Shown here piece after piece: positions 13,408 through 26,553 of a stretch of 64,000 nt of DNA. Each line of letters opens with the position of its first letter. Within the stretch, counting starts at the first letter, position 1. A program made the position numbers and the translations under genes. The stretch comes from Octopus sinensis. Its lineage: Eukaryota. Location of the stretch: the NCBI RefSeq assembly GCF_006345805.1, contig NC_043020.1, forward strand, positions 27,094,001 to 27,158,000. The letters are read 5' to 3'. The notes under the pieces are model-generated. The model was not told the origin of the DNA. It searched no databases and saw only the letters and a program-made list of their open reading frames with translations.

Positions 13408-13878
13408 CCCTTTTGTTACCATATTTCTGTTGAGATGTTCTGTGTTTCTTTCAATTAATTTTGAGTATAGCAGTGTTTAGTAAAATAACTTAGTATTATC
13501 ATTCAGTTAGTGTTAGGAACATAAATTGTGACTAAGGTTTGGAGGAAGATTTTAATTCAGAACTTTTGAAAACAAGACATTTGTACTACAGAGCCAGAGC
13601 TGGTTTCGGCTGGGTTGGTATCAAAAGGGTCTAGAATCGTTTCTCTATTATATATTTTAACCCTTTTGTTACCATATTTCTGTTGAGATGTTCTGTGTTT
13701 CTTCCAATTAATTTTGAGTATAGCAGAATTTAGTAAAATAACTTAGTTATCGTTAAGCTAGTGTTAGGAACATAAATTGTGACTAAGGTTTGGTGGAAGA
13801 TTTTAATTCAGAACTTTTGAGAATGACGTTTATACTACGGAGCCAGAGGCGGTTTCAGCTGGGTTGGTATCGAAAGGG
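13408..13878. mobile_element. Two tandem piggyBac-type MITEs (13408-13629, 13661-13878)
   Basis: ttaa|ccctttt gttacc...ggtatcRaaaggg termini; about 220 bp each, diverged copies 31 bp apart. Confidence 0.75.
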
Positions 13879-15373
13879 TGAAACTTCTGAAAAGCATATT
13901 TCTCATGAAACTATAGAAGCCGTGTGTTTTAAATAATTTAGAATAATCAACTCATTTCTCCAGTATTCAAATTAGTTGCGAATCACCATCATCATCATCA
14001 TCATCATCATCATAATGTGCACTTTTCCATGATTGCATGGGTCAGACAGAGCAGGTTGAAACAGATTTTCTGTGACTGGATGTCCTTCCTGTTGCCAGTC
14101 CTCACCTGTTTCCAAGCAAGATAGACCTGGAAGACTGGAAACAAAAAAAAAAACATTGCTTGTATGATGGTAATGCTCATTTACAAATGCCCCTAACATC
14201 AAGACAAAGCTGCACAGAAATGCACACATATGTACAAGCGTCTTTCAGTTTCTGTCTACCAAATCCTCTCCCAGTGAGGCTTTGGTCAGCTCTTGGTCAA
14301 GGTGCTATGCAGTGCTAGTGAACCCGAAACCATATGGTCAGGAAACAGACTTCTCGACCATACAGCCACAGCTGCACCTATGACATATTTTAAAACACAT
14401 CATCATCATTGTTTAATGTCCATTTTCCATGCTAGCATGGGTTGGACGGTTCGACCGGGGTCTGTGAAGCCAGAAGGCTACACCAGGCTCCAGTCTGATC
14501 TGGCAGTGCTTCTACAGCTGGATGCCCTTCCTAATGCCAACCACTCCGCGAGTGTAGTGGATGCTTTTTACATGCCACCGGCACAGGTGCCAGACGAGGC
14601 TGGCAACGGCCACGTTTGGTTGGTGCTTTTTATGTGCCACTGGCACAGAAGCCACATTCAGCCACATTCAGATGGTGCTTTTTACGTGCCACCGGCACAG
14701 GGATCACAACTACAATTTCCATTGATTTTTGATGTTGATGTACTTGACTCAATAGGTCTCCTCAAGCACAGGGTCGAAACGGTGTTTCTTTACTTGCCAC
14801 TTGCATGAAATTTCGTTTGAGATATTTTAAAACAATCAGCTTTGGACAAGCGAACCAGAGGAAGTTTCTGCTCTCTAGCAAGTTGGTATCAAAAGCGCCA
14901 TAAAACTGGTTTGTATTTAGTATATAAATCATTATACCGATGTCTAACGTCTACATCACCATTGATTATACACTATATACTCTGCTGTTTGTCAATGTTA
15001 CAGCTCTTTGTATCATATCATCCACCATACCTGCACTGACATCAACCAGTTATATATTACATACTTTAGAAACCAAACTATGTAATATGTGTCTTTTAGT
15101 TTTTCCATTTTCTATGGATTCTCTTGATTTCAACAATGTACTTGATATTCTGCGAACTAGAACAAACACCAACAAAGCGTTTTACTCAGTGCCCTGCTCT
15201 ATTGATTCTACTAATTTACCCTTTTTTTTAGTATTGTTTTGTAATTATTATTATTCACTTATTTACGGTCACTTGCAATTCTCTCCATCTTCCTTGATTT
15301 TTCTGCTTAAATGTTTGGCGCTAATGAAGCTCAGGTGTGTTTGTGTGAGGCTGGATTTTGAAAAATAATTAAC

Positions 15374-15748
15374 ATAGGCGTAGAGGTGGCTGTGTTGTAA
15401 GTAGCTTGCTTACCAACCACATGGTTCCGGGTTCAGTCCCACTGCGTGGCACCTTGGGCAAGTGTCTTCTACTATAGCCTCGGGCCGACCAAAGCCTTTG
15501 TGAGTGGATTTTGTAGGCAGAAACTGAAAGAAGCACGTCGTATATATGTGTTTGTGTTTGTCCCCCCAACATCGTTTGACAACCGATGCTGGTGTGTTTA
15601 CGTCCCCATAACTTAGCAGTTCGGCAAAAGAGACCGATTGAATAAGTACTAGGCTTGCAAAGAATAAGTCCTGGGGTCAATTTGCTCAACTAAAGGCGGT
15701 GCTCCAGCATGGCCACAGTCAAATGACTGAAACGAGTAAAAGAGTAAA
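15374..15748 (+). mobile_element. SINE family A, plus strand; also 26341-26750, 47715-47995 (partial), 59989-60398
   Basis: Reverse complement of the minus-strand A copies. Confidence 0.9.
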
Positions 15749-16389
15749 TCGGCGTTTTTTTATTTTTTGGCAATTCTCTCCTGGGTTGGATAGGTTTACA
15801 TTATTGCTTCTTTCCAACTGTTGTTGTTGTTGTTGTGTTTAACCTTCATCCCGTCTCGTCTCGTACTCTGCAATTCTGAGAGATAACATACTTTCTTGGT
15901 TCTTCTCTGACGCTTGACCTTTCGGTTATTCTTTACATGTTTCAGATTCCATCTTGAAAGGTTTTAGTTGAACAAATCAATCCCAATGCTTACATTTTTT
16001 GGTTTTTCTTCAGTTTGGTACTTATTTTATCAGTTTCTTTTTGCCAAACTGTTAAGTTACATCATCATCGTTTAACGTCCGTTTTCCATGCTAGCATGGG
16101 TTGGATGGTTCGACCGGGGATCTGGGAAGCCAGAAGGCTGCACCAGGCTCCAGTCTGATCTGGCAATGTTTCTACAGCTGGATGCCCTTCCTAACGCCAA
16201 CCACTCCGTGAGTGTAGTGGGTGCTTTTTACGTGCCACCTGCACAGGTGCCAGGCGAGGCTGGCAACAGCCACGATCGGATTGGTGCTTTTTACGTGCCA
16301 CCGGCACGGAAGCCAGTCAAGTCAGCACTGGCATTGGCCACGATTCGGATGGTGGAATGACTAATATATATATGTGAGCCATTGTGCCT

Positions 16390-16424
<35 letters not shown>

Positions 16425-18590
16425 GATATATATATATAAACACACATGATGGACTTCTACACAGTTTCTGACTGGACTTGAAACATCAATTATGAAAAAA
16501 AAAATTTATGCAAATACTTGCTATTTGGTTAGGGAGACTGGCATAGATTTTGTGTGTTCCGATAAGACATGAATAGCTATAGCACCAACAGACAGGCAGA
16601 CAGACAGTGTAGAAGTAGTATTTTTTTTCTGTTTAAAATAGTTGAGCAAGTTATATAACAAAAGAAGAAATGGCATTTAAAGCCGGCTAATTTCCTTTTT
16701 TTCAAACAGTTCTTGACGCTGGAGTCAGACAATTAGTGATTTTAAATGCAGGCATAAAACTGCCGTAAATCTGGTAATAGAAAATTTATTGATTCAAATT
16801 ATGGTAAATTCTACAGCAGTAGTCTTTGAAGAAGAAGAAATGTTCCGTTTTTCTTTTGATACTCAGCAGCTGGATTGTTTGTGTATGGAAAAAAATAAAA
16901 AGAAAGAAAATAATTAAATTAATAAATCAAATAAAAAGAAAGATTGCACGCTGAACTTAAATTAAAAGTCAGCACTGTGTATGTGTGTGTGTGTGGTTTT
17001 AATTACTGTGTTTGATGGCACAAAAGACGTTCAGGCACATTAGTTGCACCATAATTTCAGCGGAGCGCATATTCGAGAGGAGAAAAAAAGTTTCCAGTGC
17101 ATTAAAGCATATAATATAGGACTAAAACGTATAATATAGAACAGGGTGTGGGGCGGGGTTTTTAGATTAAAAAAAAATTTTTTTTAGTGAAGGGGAATAG
17201 TGCCTTATTTACACTAGTAAATACATTGAGTAAAACAAAAAGAACCAAAATTAACATTTTTTTTTTTTTTAGATTAAATATTGTGTTTTTTATAATTTTT
17301 TTTCTCTGCTTTTATGGGATAGAAAGGGAGTTTCTAAATTATTCTGTTCTCATGGCACAGATTTCCTTAAAATTCTCTGAGAAATATTTATGATAATTGA
17401 TTTTACCGCAGTATATAGTTCACGTCACTGCATAGAATATTTCTTTTTGGGGGCATGACTATTTACAAGAACAGGTTTTGTATTTTTGAATAATGATGAT
17501 AATGACAATGATAATAGTTTTTCCTGATTTAGGCACAAGGTCAGCAATTCTGAAAGGAGGGTTTTTTAGTCAATAGCATTAGCCCCCAGTATTTAACCAC
17601 TACTTGATTTTATTCAGATTTCCTTATTGCATTGCAAACTTGGTAAATTGAAATTCCACTATATTAAACACACACACAATCACCATCATCATTTAATGTC
17701 CATGCTAGGGGTTGAACGGTTTGACAGGAGCTAGCAAGCCAGAGGGCTGCACCAGGTTCTGCTTGTCAGTTTTGGCATGGTTTCTACCACTGGATGCCCT
17801 TCTTAACACCAACCATTTCACAAAGTGTACTGAGTAATTTCTATGTTGGGTGCATTTTACGTTGTGCTGTCCAGGGGCTTTCTACATGGCCCCCAGCATG
17901 AGTGCCTTTTACGTGGCCCCAACAGAGGTGCTTTTCACAGTTTCCTGTGAAAACATATCTGCCCATGGGGAAACATTACCTTAGTTTGAAACGGGTGAGA
18001 GTTCACAACAGGAAGGCCATCCCAGCCATAGAAAATTTACCATAGCAAATTTCGTCTGACCCATACAGGCACAAGAAGTGGACATTAAATTGATAATGAT
18101 CATGGTGTATTCTAGCTATGACCACCTACGCTTCTCACAGTCATGTATTGATCGTCGAGGACTTGTTGTTTGTACACTTCAAAGATTTAGCTGTTGTGTC
18201 TGTGAGGTCAAGCAGTCACGAAGAGGTTCTCTTACTGGTTTGTCTCCTCCTAAATTGATGTTGGTGGCTCCAGTAACATCTGTCATTATCATTTTTAACA
18301 CGAGATTTACTACTGGCTTGAATAACATTTCAATAATTACTTTGTGCCGAGTGAGGTAATTAGACAGCTGCCGATTAATTGCCTACGACTGTCTGTTGGC
18401 TGGTTTTTGTGACAGTAGAAATCACATTAGTTTGTCGTTTGAAAGCAGGCTCTGGCTGACTGTGAGTATACACCGACATCTATGGTTTAATTATTATAAC
18501 ATTGGAACAGTAGTGACTGGTTCAGCTCTGAATTTCTCTTATTTTCATCTACATGAAGGATAATACTGGAATGTGTGTGTGTGTGTGTAG

Positions 18591-18793
18591 CAGTGGTTTT
18601 CAACCAGGGTTCCGCCAGTACAGTCCAACGGGGTTCTGCAAGATTTTACAAAACTGCTAAAATCGGCAGTAATTTTTAAGTCTCCTGTGCAGATATGTGT
18701 GCATAAGACTATTAAATTATTGCACAGGGGTTCCTCGAGCCAGTGGAATGTTTCCTTGGGGTTCTGCTCCAGCAAAAAGTTTGAAAAGCACTG
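18591..18793. mobile_element. hAT-type MITE with 8-bp TSD; second copy 51264-51466
   Basis: TIRs cagtggttttcaa / ttgaaaagcactg; gtgtgtag duplicated at 18583-18590 and 18794-18801. Confidence 0.85.
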
Positions 18794-18829
18794 GTGTGTA
18801 GTATAGGACCATCAGTAAGTTGTCATAAT

Positions 18830-19024
18830 AGAACTCAGAGTTTCAAATGCCGGAGCTGAAAGCTTCGAGGCATTTTCATCGGCTATTTGGACGATAGACG
18901 CTATGAGAAAAAAAAAACATTGAATAAAAGGGAAGTTACTCTAATAGGCATGAAAGAAATATAAAATATAAAAAATTAACCAGCCGTACACAGACCACTT
19001 CAGCTTTATATATATATATATAGA
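18830..19024 (-). mobile_element. Possible non-autonomous Helitron relic
   Basis: Minus strand starts a|tctatatatataaagctgaag; hairpin aaatgccggagc-tgaaa-gcttcgaggcattt near the other end; no clean CTRR terminus. Confidence 0.35.
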
Positions 19025-19250
19025 TATGTGTGTCTGTATGTATATATTATGTATACATGCATGTGTATGTCTTCTTATGTATGTGTGTGTGTGTGTCTAT
19101 ATCTATGACATGTAGACATGTAAATGTGTATATATATGTTGGTTTTTGGGCGATCTTAATGGTGAATCCTCGAAATATTTTGTCAATCTGTCATGCATAT
19201 ACAGACGTACTTAGATATGTGTGTATGTATGTATAACCTATAGCACCATG

Positions 19251-20045
19251 AAGGTGGCGAGCTGGCAGAAACGTTAGCTTGCTGGGCGAAATACTTAATG
19301 GTATTTCGTCTGCCGTTACGTTCTGGGTTCAAATTCCGCCGAGGCTGACTTTGCCTTTCATCCTTTCGGGGTTGATAAATTAGTACCAGTTACGCACTGG
19401 GGTTCGATGTAATCGACTTAATCTGTTTGTCTGTCCTTGTTTGTCCCCTCTGTGTTTAGCCCCTTGTGGGTAGCAAAGAAATAGGTATTTTGTCTGCCGC
19501 TACGTTCTGAGTTCAAATTCCGCCGAGGTCGACTTTGCCTTTCATCCTTCCGGGGTTGATAAATTAAGTACCAGTTACGCACTGGGGTCGATGTAATCGA
19601 CTTAATCCATTTGTCTGTCCTTGTTTGTCCCCTCTGTGTTTAGCCCCTTGTGGGTAGTAAAGAAATAGATATTTCGTCTGCCGCTACGTTCTGAGTTCAA
19701 ATTCCGCCGAGGCCAACTTTGCCTTTCATCCTTCCGAGGTTGATATATTAAGTACCAGTTATGCACTGGGGTCGATGTAATCGACTTAATCCATTTGTCT
19801 GTCCTTGTTTGTCCCCTCTGTGTTTAGCCCCTTGTGGGTAGTAAAGAAATAGATATTTCGTCTGCCGCTACGTTCTGAGTTCAAATTCCGCCGAGGCCAA
19901 CTTTGCCTTTCATCCTTCCGAGGTTGATATATTAAGTACCAGTTATGCACTGGGGTCGATGTAATCGACTTAATCCATTTGTCTGTCCTTGTTTGTCCCC
20001 TCTGTGTTTAGCCCCTTGTGGGTAGTAAAGAAATATATATATATA
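19251..20045 (+). repeat. SINE B tetramer: one head plus four 184-bp units, with a 19-bp TSD
   Basis: Units start at 19300, 19484, 19668, 19852; tataacctatagcaccatg at 19232-19250 and 20046-20064. Confidence 0.93.
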
Positions 20046-20439
20046 TATAACCTATAGCACCATGTGCACTTGTGACAAGTCACGCAACGTGGTGGGGGAA
20101 AATGGGACGACTCCTAAAGATCAGAAGCTAAAAGCTCAGAGCGGATGTGGAACAAAGTCAGGAATGACAGACATGTGTGGGATTTAAAAATAGAAAAACC
20201 TTGTGCTACTAGGAGATAAAATTTCCATTATGTTCCTGGCAGAGGAGTACAATGGAGGCTACCGAACAAAAGCAAAATACAATGTAATGTAGATTTGTGT
20301 GTGTGTGTTTGTGATCAGGTAAAGTTTAAATCAGTAGGGGTCTGACACTAATTCAAATGTGTTTTAAATATGTTTTGATATCAACCGTCTGGGACTTCGT
20401 GTACTAAACTGGTATGTGTTGAAAGTAAATTATATATAT

Positions 20440-20482
<43 letters not shown>

Positions 20483-21542
20483 TATATATATTATTCTTTC
20501 AGTCATTTTACTGTGACCATGCTGGAGCACTGCATGGCACCTTGGGCAAGTGTTTTGTATTATAGCCCTGGGCCAGCTAAAACCTTGTGAGTGGATTTGG
20601 TTGATAGAAACTGAAAGAAATTCATCATGTATGTGTTTTTTCCCACCACTTGACAACCAGTGTTGGTTTGTTTACGTCCCTGTAACTCAGTGGTTGATAA
20701 CACAGGCTAGTAGAATAAATGCCAGGTTTTGAAAAAATAAACATCGGGGTCCTCTTTGTAAAACTGGATGGGCATGGCTTAGTTGAAAGATTGTTGGACT
20801 CGCAGTCGTAAGATTGTGGTTTCCATTCCTGGACCAGGCAGTGTGTTGTGTTCTTGAGCCAAGCACTTTATTTCACATTGCTCCAGTCCATTCTGCTATA
20901 GAAATGTGTTTAGCCTGGAGGGGGATGGCCTCTGCTGGGCTTTCTTGCCCTAGATATACTGCATGACTGCAGCGTCCCCAACGACCCCTCAAGGGGTTAC
21001 GGGACTTGTCGATTGTTCAACTGAAAACCTTTCTGGGCAGTGCTCCAGTATGGCTGCAGTCCAATGACTGAAACAAATAAAAGATGAGATATACCATTGG
21101 CATTTGTGTGTGTGCTGTACTACTAACTGTTAGAACCATCACCATCTGGAGTTTGAGTGTGTGTGTGAATATTTATTTCACTAACTAATGAGGTTTGTAT
21201 TTGAGTGTATTGTTGCTACATTGTGTGTGTGAGTTGCTGTTATTTTTTAAATATAAGGTCACTGACTGTATAGCCTGAACTAGTAAATATCAAAACACAA
21301 GCATCTGAAAGAGATTGTATTGCTATGTTTAATGTACAGATGTGTGAAATTATTCCTCCACATACACAGGCTGTGTTTCACTGCATAATTACTATTATAA
21401 CTGCCAGAATAAATTGCATTGTCACTGTGTAACTGGGGGTAGGTATTTCCATTGTTTACGGGTTTTATTGGAGCTGATTTTTATTTTCATACGCTCATAG
21501 TTTGCCCCTCCACACACAGATATATGCATACATACATCCATA

Positions 21543-21736
21543 TGAGGAGGCACTGAAAAGTTCCTGACTTTAAGGGTATCGTAAAAGGCCTGGTCTGAGG
21601 CCTAACCTTCTGAGTTCTTTTACAGGGCTTAGAAAATCTGAAGGACCGCTGCAATAAGTGTGTGAATCTGGGAGGGGAATATCTTGAATAAAATCCTAAT
21701 TAACTGATCCTCCTGTATTTTCTGTTACCCAAAGCC
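21543..21736 (+). mobile_element. Mariner-derived internally deleted element; opposite-orientation copy at 58150-58374
   Basis: Encodes the GLENLKDRCNKCVNLGGEY-type mariner transposase C-terminus (GLEKLKDRCNKCVNLRGEYVQ in ORF 58219..58407); gagg...tgaaaagttc TIR. Confidence 0.7.
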
Positions 21737-24029
21737 TATCCATCCATTGTAAATAATGTACATAATTCCTCATCTCAAAAATATATAATAGGAAAGAAAC
21801 ATACATATACAATGGGCTTCTTTCAGTTTCCATCTACCAAATCTACTCGCAGCCTGGGGTGATAGTAGAAGACACTTTCCCAAGGTGTCAGACAACGGGA
21901 CTGAAGTTAAAACCATGTGATTGGGAAGTAAACTTATTAACTTGTTCCCATTGTTGTATATACATACATATGGTGTTAGGAAGGGCAGCCAGCTGTAGAA
22001 ATCATGTCAGAACAGACATTGGAGCCTGCTGTGGCCTCTGGCCTCACCAGCCCATGCCAGCATGGAAAGCAGACATTAAATGATGTCACTGCCCATCTAA
22101 TAATGTGTACATATGTTCATTAAATGTATATTTATAATTAAGTAGCCTTGTTTTTTTTAATCTTGGTTTAACGAGGCATCCTGTAGTTTAAAACATAAGT
22201 CGACTGTGCTCAAGCAAACTTGGTATTCCAGACATGACTATCCTGTCTGTATACATCTTAAACAACAATATTGTTGTCCGACATGTCCCTCCTCATTTTT
22301 CTTTTCTTTTTCTTTTTCTTTCCCCTTTTTTTTTGTTAAAGCTTGTAGAGTGTTTATTATTTGAGAGATTCGGCTACTGTTATTTCTAGCATGTCAAACA
22401 ATCAAGCAGAGGCTGGCTCCGTGGTTGCTTTGTTTTATAATTGGATATGTAAACGTGTGAGAATGCTGCGTTGCTTGCCCACGTTCACTCACACAAACCT
22501 CATCCCCCTTCTGTCACCAACTACAGTATTTCCTGTACATTAATGTTTTGTTCTCAAGTTGCAGCATTGGTGGTCGTTGTTTTGTCTTTCCCCCAGCTGT
22601 AATCATCACTATCTTAGCCTTTTCCCTCACTGCACAGTCAGTTCTTAATTAAATTATTATGTTAACGACATTCTGTGTGTAGCACCAACTTTAACTCTTG
22701 TTTTGTCATACAGATGTGTCTTTGAGTAGGTTTCTCTCGGTAATTTAATCTCCCAAATATGTTAATTGTCTAAGCCTACCTACTTCTGCACTATAACAAA
22801 CATCTCGGTGGGTTTTTTTCCATTGCTACTTCAGAAACTACAGTAAAGTCAGTACTTAGCTGAGGAGAGAGAATAAAACTGGAACACATTCAATATTGTC
22901 TCCCTTACTTGCCAGAATCACCACCATCATTTAATGTCCACTTTTCCATCCTTGTATGTGCCAGATGGAATTTGTTGAGGCAGATTTTCTATGGTTGGAT
23001 GCCCTTCCTGTCAGCAGCCATCATCTGTTTCCCAGAAAGGTAATATTTCTCCATGTCCAGGTACATTTTCCATGGAAGAATGAAAACAAACAACCTTGCT
23101 GGTATGATGGTGGGGCTCATTTGAAACCATCACATGATGACTTGCCAATTGTGCACACTCACATATGTATACACAATGGGCTTCTTTCACTTTCCTCTCA
23201 CAAGGCTTTGGTCAGCCCAGAGCTATAGTAAATGACACTTGCTCAAGCTGCCATGCAGCAGGATTGAACTTGAGACTACATGATGGGAAAGCAAGCTTCT
23301 CATTCATACATCTTTTATCTTTTTACTTGCTTCTGTCATTAGACTGTGGCCATGCTGGGGCACCACCTTGAAGAATTTTAGTTTAACGAATCAACCCTAG
23401 TACTTGTTTTTTCATTTAATCCTGTTGCTTATTCCATTGGTGCCATTTAAAGGGCACCCATGCGGGTGCTGTGTATAAACCACTAGTGCCGGTGCCACGT
23501 ATTAAGCACCCAGTCCACCTTGTAAAGTGGTTGGCATTAGGAAGGGCATTCAACCATAGAAACCATGTCAAAACAAACAATTGAAGCTTGGTGCAGCTCT
23601 CCAGCCTTACCAGCTCCTATCAAACACGTTAACTGATGATGGTCTCTTTTGCTGAACCATTAAATGATGAACGTAAACACACCAACACCGGTTGTGAAGT
23701 GGTGGTGGGAACACACACACACACACATATATATATACATGCACAGCTGGCTTTAGTCAACCAAGTTTATAAGACACTTGCCCCACACACAGTGGGACTG
23801 AACTCGGAACCATGTGGTTGAGAAGCAAGCTTCTTACCACACAGCCATCCCTGCATATTGATATTACACATCCAGAGGAACCTGCAGGCTTCCATGCCTC
23901 TCCAGTCTTCACATTTTCTCTACATTCAGTGCCTAAATTTTGCTGCACTCGGTGCACAGGTGTCATGCAGTCTACACTTTGTTCTGTGAGAAAATTTCTT
24001 AGTTGTCAGCATCAGTAATAACTCCCTAA

Positions 24030-24600
24030 ACATTCTCCACACCGATACTCTGGGTTCTGTGTTTTGGAGTAAATACCTTTGTGTTAATTAGGCCACCTGA
24101 ATAAGAAAAAGCTATCAATTACTTCTCAGAGGCCTTCCAGGTATTTGAAAGAATTTATTTCACAGGTTCTCTTACTGCTAGCTACTTCTGTACATCTGGC
24201 ACATATAATAAGTAAAATCTTCCTTCTCTGCCAACTTGCCTCTGTTCCGATACACTCCTAGTTTACATTAGATAAACCATGTGGAATTACTAACTGTTCT
24301 GCAACACCAAACTTGGCCGCACTGCAAATCACAACAGAATCCAAGTCTTCTTTCCTGCTAACTAAAACTTTTGTCGTTGCAAGTTTTCCTTAGCTTTCTT
24401 GACTCTCGGCTTTGCTTCCATTTCTGGAATTTCTTACTTGGCTATGAGAACTAGGTCACCAGCACACAGCAGTTCCCATGGAAAGCCAGTCTTAAAATGC
24501 ATTATGATCTTGAAGAGCCAGTGATAAAGTAGGCTACTGTGCGTTTGGAACCGAATCCTGTAAAACACTTACATGCTAAATTCCTCACTGAATTCTTTGG
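24030..24600 (-). mobile_element. Decayed RTE-type LINE reverse transcriptase fragment
   Basis: Minus-strand translation FKTGFPWELLCAGDLVLIAK...KFQKWKQ resembles ...PWELLYADDLVLIAE with a mutated YADD; stops and frameshifts present. Confidence 0.65.
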
Positions 24601-25661
24601 CAATTCTCGGCAGAAACGTTAGCACGCCGGGAAAAATGCTTAGCGGTATTTCGTCTGCCGTTACGTTGTGAGTTCAAATTCCGCCTAGTTCGACTTTGCC
24701 TTTCATCCTTTCGGAGTCGATAAATTAAGTACCAGTTACACACTGGGGTCAATGTAATTGACTTAATACCTATGTCTGTCCTTGTTTGTCCCCTCTGTGT
24801 TTAGCTCCTTGTGGGTAATAAAGAAATAGGTATTTGGCTTGATTGGGGTCTCTGAAGCCTTTCATCTGTCTACAGCTAGTTTTCTTAAAACATCACCAGG
24901 TTACAGATTGTAGTAGCTTGGTAAATGCCCTTCTCCAGATCAGCTAAAGCCCCCCACACACACAACACAGACTTCAAAATTATGTTAACAATATTTAGCA
25001 TTTGTAAAGAATAAAAAGTTTCGAATGGTACAACAATGGGCTATATCTCTTTCTCTTTTACTTGTTTCAGTCATTTGACTGCGGCCATGCTGGAGCACCG
25101 CCTTTAATCGAGCAAGTCGACCCCAGGACTTATTCTTTTGTAAGCCCAGTACTTATTCTGTCGGTCTCTTTTGCCGAACCGCTAAGTAACGGGGAGATAA
25201 ACACACCAGCATCGGTTGTCAAGCAATGCTAGGGAGACAAACACATTCACGCATATATACGACGGGCTTTTTTCAGTTTCCGTCTACCAAATCCACTCAC
25301 AAGGCTTTGGTCGGCCTGAGGCTATAGTAGAAGACACTTGCCCAAGATGCCACGCAGTGGGACTGAACCCGGAATCATGCGGTTGGTAAGCAAGCTACTT
25401 ACCACACAGCCACTCCTGCACCTATATACCTGTTGTAATTTAGTCAGTCATAGTCTGATGATATTTTGGAATAAAATTCCTTCAGATATTCCGATTATAG
25501 CAGTGACTTCATCTAAGAATATCTGAAGAAGGAATTTTATTCCGAAATATATCAGACTATGGACGACTAAATTACAACAGGTATATAGCCCATTGTCTGT
25601 ATTATAGTGCATGGTAGGGAAGTAAGCTTCTTAACTGTGTCTTTCGTAAGCTTTCTTAACA

Positions 25662-26096
25662 TTTGTCTTATGAAGAAAGGCTGAAGACGCTCGACCTTTA
25701 TTCTCTAGAAAAACGCCGCCGCCGTGGTGATCTCATTCTTGCTCACAACATCATAAGCGGAAAGTGTAACCTCTCGAAAGAGCTGTTCTTCACTCCTGCT
25801 CCAGAGCGTCGGCTGCGGGGTCACTCCGCAAAGCTCTATCTGCGACGATTTTATCTCAATCGAAGGAGAGGGGCTTTCTCCGTCCGGATTTCAGATCCGT
25901 GGAATAAGCTGCCGGACGAGATAGTGAAGATGCCGACGACCGCTCGGTTCAAAGTCTCCCTTGACCACAAATGGCCTGAACTCTTTGCATGAACACTATC
26001 CTGTACATAACTCCATGTCCCCCTACATGGCCTTGCTTTTTGCTTTTTGAGCCAAAAAATTAGCTTAACTTAACTTCACTGCCTAGCAGTGAGCCA
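25662..26096 (+). mobile_element. 5'-truncated CR1-clade LINE: ORF2 C-terminus plus 3' UTR
   Basis: ORF 25663..25992 YEERLKTLDLYSLEKRRRRGDLI...LRGHSAKL...FSVRISDPWNKLP is the typical CR1 ORF2 C-terminal signature. Confidence 0.92.
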
Positions 26097-26508
26097 GTGT
26101 GTGTAGAATATTGAATTTTTTTAGTGGTTCAATAAATAGCTTCTTTGGGTAAACATGCCTTGGTGGGTAGAAATCTTCACCTTTACCATGACTAGTCTGT
26201 TGCCTCGGTAACTGATAACCTAATTTATACAATAGTAGAGACATAACTCTTGACCTACTAACTCATTTGGTATTTGGATGTACAAACAAGAACGAGGAAA
26301 AATACGTTATATCTGTGTTATTGTCATTATATATATATATATAGGTGCAGGAGTGGCTGTGTGGTAAGTAGCTTGTTTACCAACCACATGGTTCCGGGTT
26401 CAGTTCCACTGTGTGGCACCTTAGGCAAGTGTCTTCTACTATAGTCTCGAGCCGACCAAATCCTCGTGAGTGGATTTGGTAGACGGAAACTGAAAGAAGC
26501 CCGTCGTA

Positions 26509-26553
<45 letters not shown>

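Noticed and set aside
14293-14808. 171-aa ORF and similar LQLDALPNANH / YDRLLSVSVYQIHSQG ORFs elsewhere
   Set aside because: These are recurrent translations of SINE families C and A, not genes.
19300-19483. Hammerhead ribozyme (retrozyme) in the SINE-B unit
   Set aside because: No CTGANGA...GAAA core on either strand of the 184-bp unit by eye. Other ribozyme classes were not excluded without a covariance search.
19251-20045. Regularly spaced repeats (also 45701-46613) as a CRISPR array
   Set aside because: Whole units repeat with no unique spacers, the context is eukaryotic, and no cas genes are present.
25663-25992. Host gene exon or intact LINE
   Set aside because: Only the ORF2 C-terminus of a 5'-truncated CR1 copy is present, with no RT or endonuclease domain.
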